A DNA stretch of 64,000 bases from Schmidtea polychroa (lineage: Eukaryota), in contig CM097886.1 in the NCBI GenBank assembly GCA_044892525.1, forward strand, positions 66,340,001 to 66,404,000, given 5' to 3'. The notes under the pieces are model-generated. The model saw only the letters and a program-made list of their open reading frames with translations, was not told the origin of the DNA and did no database searches. The translations under genes and the position numbers were made by a program. Position 1 is the stretch's first letter. Each line of letters starts with the position of its first letter. Positions 49,444 to 62,560 of the stretch are shown here, in pieces.

Positions 49444-50620
49444 CAGTGGTGGGATTCTAATAATTTTACAACCGGTTCGCTACAAAAAAATGTGGTTGTT
49501 CTTTCATTTTTTTCTAAGCGAAGCTTTTTGGATTTCTTTATTTCTTTCAGATTCTTTTATTTGTAAGTTTTTCCATTCCTTTCGAGCATGTGCATTTTTA
49601 TTTTTTGTAAAATCATATTTCTCACAATATTCACAGCCTAACATTTTATTTAAAACTTTTAAACCATCATATTTTTCTTTAAAGCTTGTAAATTGTTGCC
49701 CAGACAAGCATTCAGGACAATTATCTTGGATTTCAGAACTATTAGTCTGTTCTGCTCCTTTAATTATTTGAGTGCTCTGTCTTTGAACATTTTTAGAGGG
49801 TTGTGGTTGTGGCTGATTTGTGTTATTTAATTCCGATTCGGAAACAAAAAAATCTCAGATAATGTTGTATTTTCATTGTTTCTGGGTGTTATGAAAATAA
49901 ATATGAAATAACAATAATTAAATTGAAGCACTAATAAAATATAGATTACTTATATTTAAATTTCCAAATTAAGTGGTTAATAAAACTTAACGAAATGTAG
50001 TTATTTTTAAATCAATTTATTTGAAGTTACACACCAAACTTAAATCACTTTATGTAATTGTTATATTGAACGCTTATTTCTCTTTAATTTTGATTTCTTC
50101 TATTAATTGAGAAATTAACGGTTTTTAAGAACAATTTCAACTAAACAAAACCAAAATGTTTTGTACACAAAGTTTTTTAGTATGTAAACAAAATCATAAC
50201 TGTTCTCAAATTTTAGTCTTCAAGTATTCAACTTCACGAAGTACGATATTACTTCTCTTTGTATTTTCTTTTCTTTTTCTGTCATACATACTATCTATGA
50301 TATGTAGATTTTATAATTATTTTTCAATTCTATTCTTCTATGTGTATTATGCATGAAAATTACAAACGTATATCTTCATCATGGTGCTGTATTTAAGGTC
50401 AATACAACTCTGTACCTATGTACAAAAAGCGTATATAAAAGAGATAAAATGTGGTATATCAATATCGTATGTCTATTTTTTTGTTGTATTTTTTTCCGAA
50501 TAATTTTATGAAGTAATTATGAAATTTAAAGTATTAATTTTTTATTTTTTACAACCGGTTCGCCGAACTTGGAAACCTTTTATGAAACGGTTCTAGCGAA
50601 CCGGCTGAATCCCACCACTG
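49444..50620 (-). mobile_element. Non-autonomous hAT element with an N-terminal transposase remnant
   Basis: Perfect 14-bp TIR CAGTGGTGGGATTC and 8-bp TSD GTAATATA. Subterminal ACCGGTTCG motifs shared with 62561. LGCEYCEK..EW remnant. Confidence 0.93.
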
Positions 50621-50984
50621 GTAATATAATATTTTTTGTCAATTGCAACATTTTGAAATAAAATTATTACAATAAATTTATTTTAAAATAAATAAATATT
50701 TATTGGTGAGTATAGGGTATTTCAGCTGCACAATTGGTGATGTTTATTATTATCATCATTTCAACGAAAATGTTTCTAAAATTCGGTTTAAAAATAAGCA
50801 GTGCTTGAGCCAGATAGATAAAATATATTTAATAAAACATTTGAACGTAAGAATAACGCAATGATTATTTTAATATGAATATGTTTTTTATGTCATCGTT
50901 TGAGATTAAACGGATTTTTTTTTAGAAAAGATTACTCAAATTTATAAGTGCTTCTGAATATGGTATTTTCTTTTGAGAATTTAA

Positions 50985-51180
50985 CCCTTTGCGGTCCGTA
51001 ATAAAAAAGTTGCCCACCAGGTCCACAATTGTTTTAATGATTTTTTGTATATATGATTTTCTTGAACTAAATTGGGTTTTTTTTTAATAAAAGGTATTCT
51101 TTGGAATTAAAATGTTATTTTGTGACAATCATACAATATAAATCATCTTTCAAAAAGACTCGACATAGGACCACAAAGGG
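50985..51180. mobile_element. piggyBac-type MITE
   Basis: TIR CCCTTTG(C/T)GGTCC. TTAA on the left, TTTA on the right. Confidence 0.7.
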
Positions 51181-52243
51181 TTTAATGAATTGTGATAAAA
51201 GTCTTCTGTGAAATATTTCTTTAAAATTCTGTCATTGAAACATGATTATAATTTCATCAGTATTAACTAACCGCTTCTACTGTGTCCTTAATGGATTTGA
51301 AAATTGTACTCGTGGTCTTATATTATGGAATTTTTTCAATTTAATTTTAATATTTATTATAATTTTTATTATCATAAATAATAAAAAATGAATTATTCTA
51401 TGTACCTCTATAACAGGGATTGGGTGAGTGCGACACTTGCTCCGAACACAAAGCTAGAAATGGCGCGTAGTAAAGTTTTGCTTTTTCAGTTTACTAAAAT
51501 ACTTGACCTATTTTTTAATTTGTATTTTTCCAAGCAAAAGTAGTTCTTGGAACGGCCGCTTTTAATCAATGCATTTGCTGTTATACTGCGAATGCTGGTT
51601 TTGAAGTCAGTGTGATAACTGTGTTCTCTGGATATATTTAAATTTTTTGTTTGACTATAATTGTCGAGAATGAAATATAAATTATTCATAAAAAATTATC
51701 TACTTTTAATTAAACTCTCTATATTAACTTACTTGGTATGTATGTTTGTATGAGCCACACAAATATTTTCAAAATATTAATAAAATGTTCCTTTTTAAGT
51801 AACTAGTTGATTTTGCGTAATATTAAATATTTCATAGCATTGCGCACGCATATTGAAATTTTAATTTTAAGAGAATGTAAAAGAATGAGATATAGAGTTT
51901 TATAAAGCTATGTTTTTACGGTTAGTTTTATTGTTTGAGGACGTCAAAAATGCTTAGTAACGGTTATTAGAATATCTTTTATGGTATTTCTAGTATTAAT
52001 AAGATTCGTAATTAAAGTTAACTATCCATAAAAACAATTGTTTTTAATATCTTTATTAACTTAGCAAAATTATGATTTAATTCATTCGATCAATCAAATT
52101 AATCAATCATAATCAATCCATTATTTAATTATTTATGAAGAATTATGAAATATTATTTTAACGTTATGAAAAAATAGCAATAATTTTTTAATTCATAAAT
52201 AAATTATTTAATTTTGAAATAAATTTATCATTCTTATTTTCAG

Positions 52244-52441
52244 CTTGTAGAATCTATTAGACAACCAACAATGAATGAGCGCAGAGTGATAGCAGCGTAT
52301 GATTATCAGGCGAGTAGTCCAGATGAGTTGTCTTTCAAAAGAGGAGATGTGATAGTTGTTACCGGTAAAGAGGATGCAAATTGGTTACGCGGTCGTTTAA
52401 GAGATAAAGAAGGAGTATTCCCGTTTAATTATGTTCAATAA
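52244..52441 (+). CDS. GRB2: GRB2-like adaptor, last coding exon (C-SH3)
   Basis: VIAAYDYQASSPDELSFKRGDVI..NWLRG..GVFPFNYVQ*. Phase-0 acceptor after a 15165-bp intron. Confidence 0.88.
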   Translation, partial: LVESIRQPTMNERRVIAAYDYQASSPDELSFKRGDVIVVTGKEDANWLRGRLRDKEGVFPFNYVQ

Positions 52442-54482
52442 ATTACATGTATCCCAGTGTGATGAATCGTATCGTGCCAATAATCTATTGTATTTGTGTG
52501 TTGTGTGGACACCTACCTGTACATGGAAATTTCTCATTTGTATTCATTGTACATTAAAAATAAAATACATAATATATCAAATTATTTTTAAACAAATGTA
52601 AATCGATTATATGACATTTTTCACTTATATTCTTATTTATTCTTGTATATATTTCAATTTGGTTATTTTCTCCAGAATGAATGCAATTGTACCGGTCAAA
52701 TGATTCGAGTATAATCGTTTTTACAATAAAATAAAAAATTTTATCAATAACTATTTTCACTGATATTATATTTAGTTATTTCTGTATTTAAAATTATATT
52801 AAATTATTTACAAGGTTGATGGGAAATAGAAAACAAAAGAAAATGATTTCAGAAAAATTCAAATAGAGAGAAGAGAAGGCTAGAAACAGAAAAATTTATG
52901 TTACTAAATTCGAATTCCAACCGAGTAATTCCATATGAAGCCCAGTCAATTGACGAAACAAATAAATTTGCAATAGAAAATCAATTTTGAATATTTAATA
53001 GTAAAATAAATATTTAGATGATTGAAATTATAATTTATTTGCGTCATTGCTTGTAAAAATATTATTTTTTTTTAATTTTTATTTCATACCTGCTTATTCG
53101 TAATAATTTTTCACAAAATTTTTTGGAAGTGCAAAAATTTTGTGAAAAATCAATATGAATAAGCAGGTAGGAAATAAAAATACAAAATTTAAATCTTAAT
53201 TATGTCAAATTATATCCTTTAAAAATCAAAAATTTTGGAGTTTGATAGGAAGTACAGTATCCGAAGTAAATTCTTTATAAGGAGCAGAAGATTTAGTCAA
53301 ATTTCCTCTACGGTTGTAAAAATATAACTTTAAATATTTCAAAGATTAATTGAAAAGTTATAAACGAGCGTTGTTGTTTTTATTAATCGTGTTGGGTAAA
53401 ATCTAAGGAAACCTACGTGGTAAAAAGGTGGAAAATAAAAAATTTTAACAAAAATCAGCAAAGAAAAGAAAAATAAATAAGTTTGAAAAAATGTAGAAAA
53501 TATAAATAAAAAATCGGAAATAGAAAAAAACATAAGAAAATAAAATAAAATGGAAAGTATAGATCAAAATCAAACAACTGAAATATTGAATGACCAAGCC
53601 AGAATAAAGCGAGCAACGTAGCGATGAAAAATGAAGAGGAACAGAGAAGAAATTCGTGCCAAATAATGATGCTTCCAGAGGTAGCATGGGTAAATTATGT
53701 CTAATTTTCTTTTTAACTAATGTAAATGAAATTTAAGTAATTTAAATAAATTCATGAAATTCAATTAGAATATTTAACTCGTTATTTAATCACATACAAC
53801 ATACTGCAAGAGGAAAATTGTAAAAATATACCCGGATTTGGTATATTTCAATCCTGGTGATCATGAGGAAAGAGCTATGGTGAGGCCCATAGGCAGAACC
53901 AATAGCTCAGTTCCCCGACATGCTATCCCACTGAACGATGCAGGCAGAAATCGAGCCGGTAGCAAAAGTTTACTTACAAAAACCAGGACCATAAAAATGT
54001 GAGCCGAGGTAGAAGATACAGAATTAAAAGAAAAAAAAAGTTGTTAACCAATGAAAAGTAAAGAAGTAATTCAACAAAGCAACGAATGACTGGAAAGTAC
54101 CAAAACAATTAGAAAGGACAAGTAGTAAGTCGTGTTAAGTTTTCTAATTGTTGGGCTAGAAAGTAAAGTAATAATTTAAAAAGCATAAGAGGAAAACAAT
54201 AAGAAATAAAATAAAAATTAGAAACAAATCAAAAATAAATAAAAATCAAGACAAATAAACAATAAAAATAAATAATAACAAATTAACCAAAGAGAATTAA
54301 AACAAAAAATAAAAACTGAAAAATTAAGATAAGAAAACCGGAAAAAATAGTAAAATAATGGAAATTAAATAATAAATAAGAAAATAAATAAAAAACAAAG
54401 AAAACAATAAGGAAACACTAAGAAAACCACGAAAAACAAAGAAACCAAATTAAATTAAAAAATTACACCACGCTCAATTTTG

Positions 54483-54517
54483 ATTGGCTCGCATAAAAAC
54501 AAAATTAGGTATATAAG
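54483..54517 (+). promoter_or_regulatory. Inverted CCAAT box and TATA box (TATATAAG) of module C
   Basis: ATTGG at 54483-54487 and TATATAAG at 54510-54517. Motif conserved in modules A, D and E. Confidence 0.45.
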
Positions 54518-56490
54518 GGAGACACTGAAACAGCATTATTAAGGTAAACGAAGCATTCTAGGATCAGCATTTCAATCAATAGGACTATTCCGAACTAATT
54601 ATTTTCAACAACAGATCACTCAAGGATTCAAATTTTGATTTTTCGTGAAGCAGTATTTACCAAGATAGAAAGTAAATTTTCATCTTTTGTAGAATTTTCA
54701 GTTACTATGGATAATTTATTCTAAATTAGATATTTTATAAAATGTTCAGTTTCCTTTGTTCACCATTAATTAAATTATAGTATTAGTAAAGTTTTCATTA
54801 ATTTTATCTTTAATGTTTGGTATATGCTTTGTAATTGTCTATCTTTAATAAAATTTACAGTACAAATCGAATTTTGTTTCGGCAAATTAGTATTTCGTAT
54901 GGGCTTTGCATAAAATTTGATAAAAGTGATGTCGTGAATTATATTATAATGATGATATGCGTATTGTGCGAAGCTGAGGTTCGGCAGGCCACCGCTCGAG
55001 GGACACTGGTTGTTCCTCTTGCGAGAAGGTCGGGTATTACTTCAGTAGGCGCAGTGGTTGAACACGGGTCATCATGGGGGTTTCCTCACTGATCCGTCAC
55101 CACGGGAAGAAAAGGTGTGAATTCAGAACCGTAAAGAGGAGAATAAAATGATGAAAGTGAGAAGAGTATAATATAGTTGTTCAGTATGATAAATCATAAA
55201 TCTTCGCAATGGGTAAGGTAGCCGAAACATCATTCATTTAACGCCCTTTCAGACAAAAGGAGCATCCAGTAGTAATCGTAGTTTTAAGTCATCTGAAAGT
55301 CAAATCTGACGTCAGTTCTTCCTTGTAGAATTTTCGGTCCATATATCTTAACCGGCAAGACTGTCATAAAGCTGCAAGGATCATAAATCGAGAAAAATTT
55401 CTAATCTCGCTGCAAATTGTCATCGATATCTAAATCACCCTAGAATATCTAAAAATTCCGAATTTAGACCTCGTCGAACTAGCAAACTTGTCTTGAAGAA
55501 TACTCTGAGTAGAATGGACCAAAGACCCGAACTTCGATATAGGTAATTCCATCATTTAAGATAACCAGATATCCACCAATCGATAATGCACTTTTAGGAA
55601 AATACACAATATTAAAATCCAGCTGTTTAGATTCTTTAAATACCATGGCCGATAATTTTGTCAATTAGATAGTTTGATAAGGCGACTACTGAATCGTGAC
55701 ATGAACCGAACATACATTGATGAGAATATACAGTAGAATTTTCCACATTTGTCGCAATTACACGTACGATCGCACATGGCTAATCAGTTAGGCAAAATCA
55801 CTAATACACAAATAATACGAACAACGATCACATTAGAAATACAGATAAGCCACCAGCATTTTCAATCACACCGATTCCTGATACAAACTCACATATCGCG
55901 CAAAATAATCACATGTGGAGATCACACCGAGGGGTTAGTAGAATAATTGCAACAATGATAAAACCCGACAGCAGACCACTGTACACTGATGAGATCGCGA
56001 CTGACGGTCGCACAGTAGAAAGGTCAATTTGTTTCTAAGAAATTAAATGCATGAATGTACTCTGATAATAAAGTTTTAATTAACGACTTAATGATTAAAG
56101 ATTCAATTAATAATTTAATGTTGATAAATATTCGGAGGAATATCTCGCTTCATAGTAATAAATAGGAACCCACTCATGAATGTCGTAGGGTTTAAAATTG
56201 GATTATGATTACGTTCCCCTCAGAGAAAAACCTGAATTTTCGTAAAAATTCCGAATGGCCGATCTAGCCCAGCGGATAAAGAATTATTTTTATTTTTCAA
56301 TTATCTATTTAAATTTGTCCGGCTTCCGACGTTTTCTAGTAGGTGTACGGATTATGTGTTTGTGTTTATTTTTCTTTTAAGCTATTATGATTTTTCCCTC
56401 CCAATAAAGTGGTGTTTGATTGAATATGATGATGGTTATGAGCTTGTTAGAAATAACTCATTCTTAATAGAATTTCCTTTAGTTGTAGAA

Positions 56491-57218
56491 ATGTCCAAGG
56501 TTCCAATCACCACAGTCATACGCCCATGTTTCGCTTGCGCGGACAAAAACCAGTTGATAAAGACTCTTCAGACTCAAAATGGCCTCCTGAAAAAGAAATC
56601 GGACTATTTAGAAGGGACGTATTTTTCTCCAGCCCAAATGAAGGAGGTAAGAACAAGGCTCACCCGAGTGAAGAAGTGTCGGGATGATGTATTGGAGGAG
56701 AACCGCGCTTTACGTACCTTAATCAAAGAGCAGTCCGAAGCGCTGCACAAGGTGTCTGTCCAAGCTTCAGTCACCAGAAAAATAGTAGATATCCCACTCG
56801 CAGAAGAGGACAATCTATTCCCGTCCGATCACTTCTCGGGCATCTCGTTGACAAAATCATTTAATCCGGCCAACTTAAGCCATGCGAGTCTCCCTCAGCC
56901 GACGATCCCATCCGAAGTTATCTGTACCGGCACAAGTCGCGCGGTCCCAAGGATAGTAGATTTAACAATCCCGATCACTCTCCCGGATGTAAAGAAAGCC
57001 AAGAAACGCCGGCAGCCATCTAGGGCCGAGCGTACTAAAAGGAGAAGGCCCTCCAAGCCGAAAGGGAAGCGGCTCTGATAGCCTCTGTTCAACTACCAGC
57101 TTCAATACCTTCAGCGGAACCCGCCCCGCAGTCTATTCCTATTTTCCGGGTAGTCCCGCCCGCCGATTTTTTCGATCTCGATGAGATCTTTGCTGGAACT
57201 TCTCCGAATACATTATAA
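56491..57218 (+). CDS. Coiled-coil/basic protein of the unrecognised family (LEGTYFSPAQMK), with a 1-nt frameshift near 57037-57040
   Basis: ATG 56491 follows TTGTAG. Adding one A continues the frame as KEKALQAERE..DFFDLDEIF to TAA 57216-57218 and restores alignment with 12105-12578. Confidence 0.7.
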
Positions 57219-57552
57219 TTTATACCCATGTTCCTTCTCGAAGTTGTATGACTCTGAAAAATGTATTTTGTGGTGGTAATCCATTAATATATTTTTCTGT
57301 TGTGACTTGTCAAATTAAATAATTTTGAATGTTTGAGCTATGATGAATGGTCGAATAGGAAATTGAATAATGAGTGATGGAATCAATATGTGGAAGAGAT
57401 ATGATAAAGCTGAATTTAGGAAGGATAGGAAAAATGGTAATGTGGTAAAATTTGCTGTTGAATGCTGAATACAGTCAAACTAGTGAGTTGAGTGTCGTGT
57501 TGGAGACTGATTGCAAATTGGGATGATACACGGAATCTTAGAATGATGTGTA

Positions 57553-57673
57553 TGACGTAAGTCCTTCTATCGGCAGTCGAGTATTTGTTAAGTCGAGTTA
57601 CGATGGGGGAGTAGTCCTAAGGCAGGGGCTCACCTGCTCCATCAGAGCTCGCCGACATGGCACAGTACCAACA
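57553..57673 (+). other. Conserved family block, copy 3
   Basis: TGACGTAAG.CCTTCTATCGGC, ATGGGGGAGTAGT, GCTCACCTGC and TGGCACAGTACCAAC. Matches 5918-5998 (-) and 12733-12832 (+). Confidence 0.8.
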
Positions 57674-60016
57674 TGATGTAAATCATGGGTGTCATGTTCG
57701 GAGTATGATCGTGTGGGTTTTGGCTAAGGGTCTAGTGGAAGGATGACATGCTATACGTGCGGTTAGGACTATCAACCCCTAGTGTGAATAAAGTATTTTC
57801 TGACCCAACCCAAGATCCAGTATAATAAAAAAATATTAAAGTCGATGTTTGTGACTCCACCTGTTCTATAAAAACAATTAGATAAACAATACCCAACGTA
57901 TATTTGTATTCAAATTCGTATAATCTACAATTTACAAAACTCCGAATATCGCAATAAAATTTCTTTTGTGACTATTCAATAAGTCTCACTGTGACCGCTT
58001 TAGTTCTGCACATTCTGCAATAATAATAACATCTTTCCCCACCGTGCGTTTACTTTGTGGTAATCATTTTCCGTTTTCCTATTACTCATGGTGTCAAGAT
58101 AATGGTTTTCCTTTCCTTTTCTTTCTGTCCACTAGCTCGGGTTTCCTTTAATTTATTAATTAACGATTTTCTGCTTCTGTACGTTTTCTTGCATTTCGAC
58201 TCTTTCTGAACATATTTTGATGAATCCATTTTCGCCATGATCTTCCCCATCCGCTCACCCGCATCTCACTCGTTTTTCAAATTTTAAAGCAATGATTTTT
58301 TGATTTGGAATTTTTAATATTCCTTTTTTAATTATTTGGAAATTTTAATAATTTTAACACTTAATCAGTTTTTTAGTAATAATAAATCTTATGTTTCAAA
58401 AGTCTTCTAACAATTGCTATTATGGTCTTTATTATTGTTGTTAACGTTGATAAAATAGTTATAGTGATCATCATCATTTTCAATTTTTGGTAAGCATTTG
58501 GGTATAAATGGCATAACTTAGACGAGGAACAAGGAAAAGATGAAGAAACAACCCTAAGTTAATGTAAAGAATTTTTTCTAGAAAAATAAAAGCTTTCATC
58601 TAGTCATCATTTGCCTTTTGAGTTTTAATAAAAATTTATCAGTCATTATTTTATTTTCGAGTTTTCATAGAATTGTAGCTACTATTCATTAGCTTCTCAT
58701 GAGTTCTGTACATAAAATTTCACTTTGTTCATGAGTTATCTCCACCTGAGTTTATTCTATTAATTAGAGCACCAGAAAGGGAGATCTCCCGTTGCGCAAG
58801 ATTGAGGCTGAAATTGAAAATTGTGCAGAGTAAAGAGTTATTTAAAGTAGTGTAAACTGAAATTGTTTCATTGAAGTGTGTAATAAATAAAAGTGTAATT
58901 GTAGTAATTTTGAATAAATATTATTGTGTTGGGTTGCTCGATTTGATTAATAAAATCAAGGAATTAGAAAGTGATACGACTTACACAAAGTACCCAACAC
59001 GATAGCGAAATATTCCTCTCATTTTAAAACCAGTGAGAATTTGAGTTTTCTCCCAAATGATTTACTTTTACAAAAAATATAATTGAATAATAACTTAATA
59101 TCCGGCTTAATTAAAAAAATGTATAATATAAATAATTTCATTGTATTTTCATCAACTTGATCGTAGGCATTTCAACAGTGGCCACAGGTTAATCTCGTAT
59201 TTCGTAATCTTTAGAACCACATTAAGTCAAATTTTCCGGACATGTAAATCTAAGGTAAAAGTTGAAGACGAAAGGTTAGGAATAGATAAAAAGATGATTA
59301 GAGGACATCAGGAAAATAGGGCGTAACACCTTCTACGTTAAGCCCATAATTGTTTCTTACCAAAACTATTTAATTAAAATTTTTAATTGTATAAATTTGA
59401 AAACAAAATCCCATCTAGCCGGATTAGTATTGGTTTGACAAGCGCGGAAAAATATATTAAATTTAAAGGTTTTTTGAAAAATGGTAATTGAAAAATGCAG
59501 ATGTGTTGGATTAATGTTGGGTTAATCAAGTCTAATTTGAGGTTTCTTGTCGGTGGACGATTACCAAAATTAGAGTGTTTAATGTTATTGATTGGTACAG
59601 ATTACCTAGTAATTACGTAGTGTAGATAATTTGAGGTAGATCAGGTTTGCATTACAATAGTTTGAGACGGTTTCCCTTAGGATTTTCTAATGTATTTAAA
59701 AGTAGAAAAAAAGCATGGTTAGCCATTATTGATGAGCGAAGCTTTGAAATTGCTATATTGAAAATAAAACTAAAAAATATCAAAATAGTTGGGAGCGACA
59801 ATCAAAGGTTAAAAAAAAAGTTATAGCCAATTAATGTATATAAAATGAAAAATGAGATTAACAGAAAATCGATAAACATTTAATTAATTTAAAAAATAAT
59901 GTCGATACTAATTAATTAATAGAGTTAAAGAAAACGAGAAGTAAATATTATTTTAATTCAAAAATTAATTTCGTGAATTGATAAGAAAAAGCATCTTGTT
60001 TAAAATGAACAATTAA

Positions 60017-60260
60017 CCCTTTCTAAGGTGGTGGCAATATACTGTACACCATTTTAAACTAATAAAAATATCCAAGTGTAACGCTGTCGGTAATCATTTT
60101 TACTTTTGGTACAACTACTGACATATATTGAGCCACAAGAGAACAAATTTATAGTATTTGAAACCATAGATGTGTTTTTTTATGATCATTTGTAACTATA
60201 TAATTATTATTAATAAACTTTGAGTATTACGTCACTTAGTTTTCTTTGCCTTAGAAAGGG
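60017..60260. mobile_element. piggyBac-type MITE
   Basis: Perfect 12-bp TIR CCCTTTCTAAGG with TTAA on both sides. Confidence 0.9.
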
Positions 60261-60469
60261 TTAAGAGTGCCATTATATAAATACACTACCGACCTTGAGA
60301 TTACTTTAATGCGCGCATTATCATTTACTATTGAAAATAACATACGAAATTTACAAGCTAGTTAAAAATTAATAAATTATATCCTTTAAGAATGCTGTGA
60401 ATTTACACTCATCACCTCTCCTTCCAGGAGACTAAATTTTAATGACTTTGTAGAATTGTTTCATGGTAC

Positions 60470-60800
60470 ACCTCGCATTTTCTTCATTATCCTAACTTTT
60501 GTAATCAACCATTTTCTCTCAAATCTCTGGGTATGTGATCCGGATTGAGGATCGACATAATGCCTTTGATGGTTCACGGCCTAGTGCATAAGTCTTACCT
60601 GTTTGAGTGACCGGTAAGCAGACCACCCATCCAAATGAATATGCGAATCAGCTTCTACTTCTCGTTTAATAATCAGGATTTCCCGATTGCACTTTTCCAC
60701 GACAAAAAAAGTACATCAATTCAATTACCATTGTTTTTGTTGTTCTCTACTTCAGAATCGGAGTCCTCTAATCCAGCCGGTGTATTCCCCTCGAAAAGAC
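60470..60800 (-). mobile_element. Merlin (IS1016/ISXO2-like) transposase remnant
   Basis: IHLDGWSAYRSL..VNHQRHYVDPQSGSHTQRFERKW matches the Merlin D-G-W-x-A-Y / VNH / HTQ-x-x-E pattern. Confidence 0.75.
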
Positions 60801-62560
60801 CAAAATAGAATAACTCCACGAAACAAAAATTTGATAAAATAATAATATACTTTCTTAAATGTATATTTAAATAAACATTTAGCTATTAGACAATGAAAAT
60901 GACCGCGAGGTGAAGATTGTCAAATAGAGACTTACTCAAAACCCTATTAATCAATGCGATTATTTCAACTATATAAATAAACTAAAACTTAGGAACAATC
61001 TGGATTTTGCCTCAGGTAGAATCGACAATTTGACAGTGTGTTATAAAAAGAAGATTAGAATCAGAAGATAGAATCAACGGAAGTGAAAAGAAAAGGATAA
61101 AGTCACAATAAAACAATCATAATGGCACAAATGTTTTTATTTTATAACCATTTCAATTCATGTATCAAAAAATATCAGTGTCAAAATCTGAATATTTGGC
61201 ATCAATCAATTGATTTGACACTAGAATATTAAAAATTCCAAAATTTGGAGTTAATCGCTTTGGATTGTAAATATCTCAATTAGAGAAAATAATATGAATG
61301 GGCATTGATTGTTGAGTGGGAAATATAATCCACCTATAAAATTATTATCAGAAATTAAGTGGACCAAACAAAAAATTGAGTAGAAAACATGTTAGATATA
61401 AAACAAAATACTGATCGATAGAGAAAATAAATTCAATTATAACAAAGAACACGAGCAGCAACATAAACTTTCATAGATTTTTCTAAAAGAACAGGCGTTT
61501 AAAAAATCAGATTCATAATCAGTCTCAAAACTTAACTGTGACAAATTACTAATTATATGAATTTAAACGTGGATTAAATATTTATAATTATGTTTTATGC
61601 ACAATGAAATACAAGTCATGTTTTTATTAACAGTAAAACATATTTCAAAATTATCCCAAAAATCTCAATTGACATTATAAATCGATTTGTGAACCTCGGA
61701 AGGATTCATATCCATAAATGAAAATTGAAAGTTTTCATCCACCGAAAATACATCTACAAGATACTTAAATATTTCTTAAAATTAACATTTAACCTGCAAT
61801 ATGATTGTACGATTCATGAGGAAGAACTATGTTGAAATTCTTGATCAAATAAATTAATACCATTAATAAACCCATTATAATAAGAGTCAATGGTCCAATA
61901 AGTGACCAATATCTAGAATGCAATTTTAACAAATTAAACTTCTTAGTATCTACCTATTTGGTAAATATGTTAGACCAATTAAATGTAAATAATCGTGTGG
62001 AATATATGAGAGTATTAAATAAATGCCTGTGTTTTTATGATTTAAATTTGAAAAATCAAAATATTACCTAACATTATCCAAGCTGATAAATATATAACAA
62101 ATCCATATATAGCTCGGTGTGGAGCAGGACCAGGTTGTGGGTCATTGGCCTAGTTATCATAAGATTAGTTAAGTTGACATAAAATAATAATCATTAATTT
62201 AATATTTAAAACATTAAAATTTTTTTTTATTATAAAATTTCATTAAATAAATTAAAACAACCTTTTAATGATTAACAGTTTTTATTAAATGTTTTTGAAA
62301 GATAGCATATAGTTAAGAGTAGTTAAAATAAAATTTATATTACATAGTTAAAAGAAAGAAAACAAAATGCGAAAATTTATTTTACCAATATTACCATATA
62401 AATTACTTTACACATAAATATAACATACGATTCCACAAGCGTATGAAGTTTTAACAAAATTCACATAGTTGTTGAACTAGCGCTGAAAACTGAGAGCATA
62501 AAGTGGTGAGAAAGAGCTAAAAATGAATTTTTATAGGGTATATATATATATATATATATA

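Larger units (their letters stand above)
54149..58350 (+). mobile_element. Module C of the LTR-like family (right end approximate)
   Basis: Terminus TGTTGGGCTAGAA (54149), ATTGG plus TATATAAG (54483-54517), family ORF, family block (57553-57673), then T-rich sequence. Confidence 0.6.

Noticed and set aside
54940-55664. Long degenerate minus-strand ORF in module C
   Set aside because: Stop density is close to that expected for non-coding DNA, and no motif is recognisable.
55974-56025. CTGATGA..GAAA with flanking stems inside module C
   Set aside because: It lacks the U of the UH site and the closing pair of stem II, and there is no equivalent in module B.
57658-57673. tRNA primer-binding site (CA-TGGCACAGT)
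   Set aside because: Not present in module A, not preceded by CA in module B, and I cannot match it to a tRNA 3' end without the species' tRNA set.
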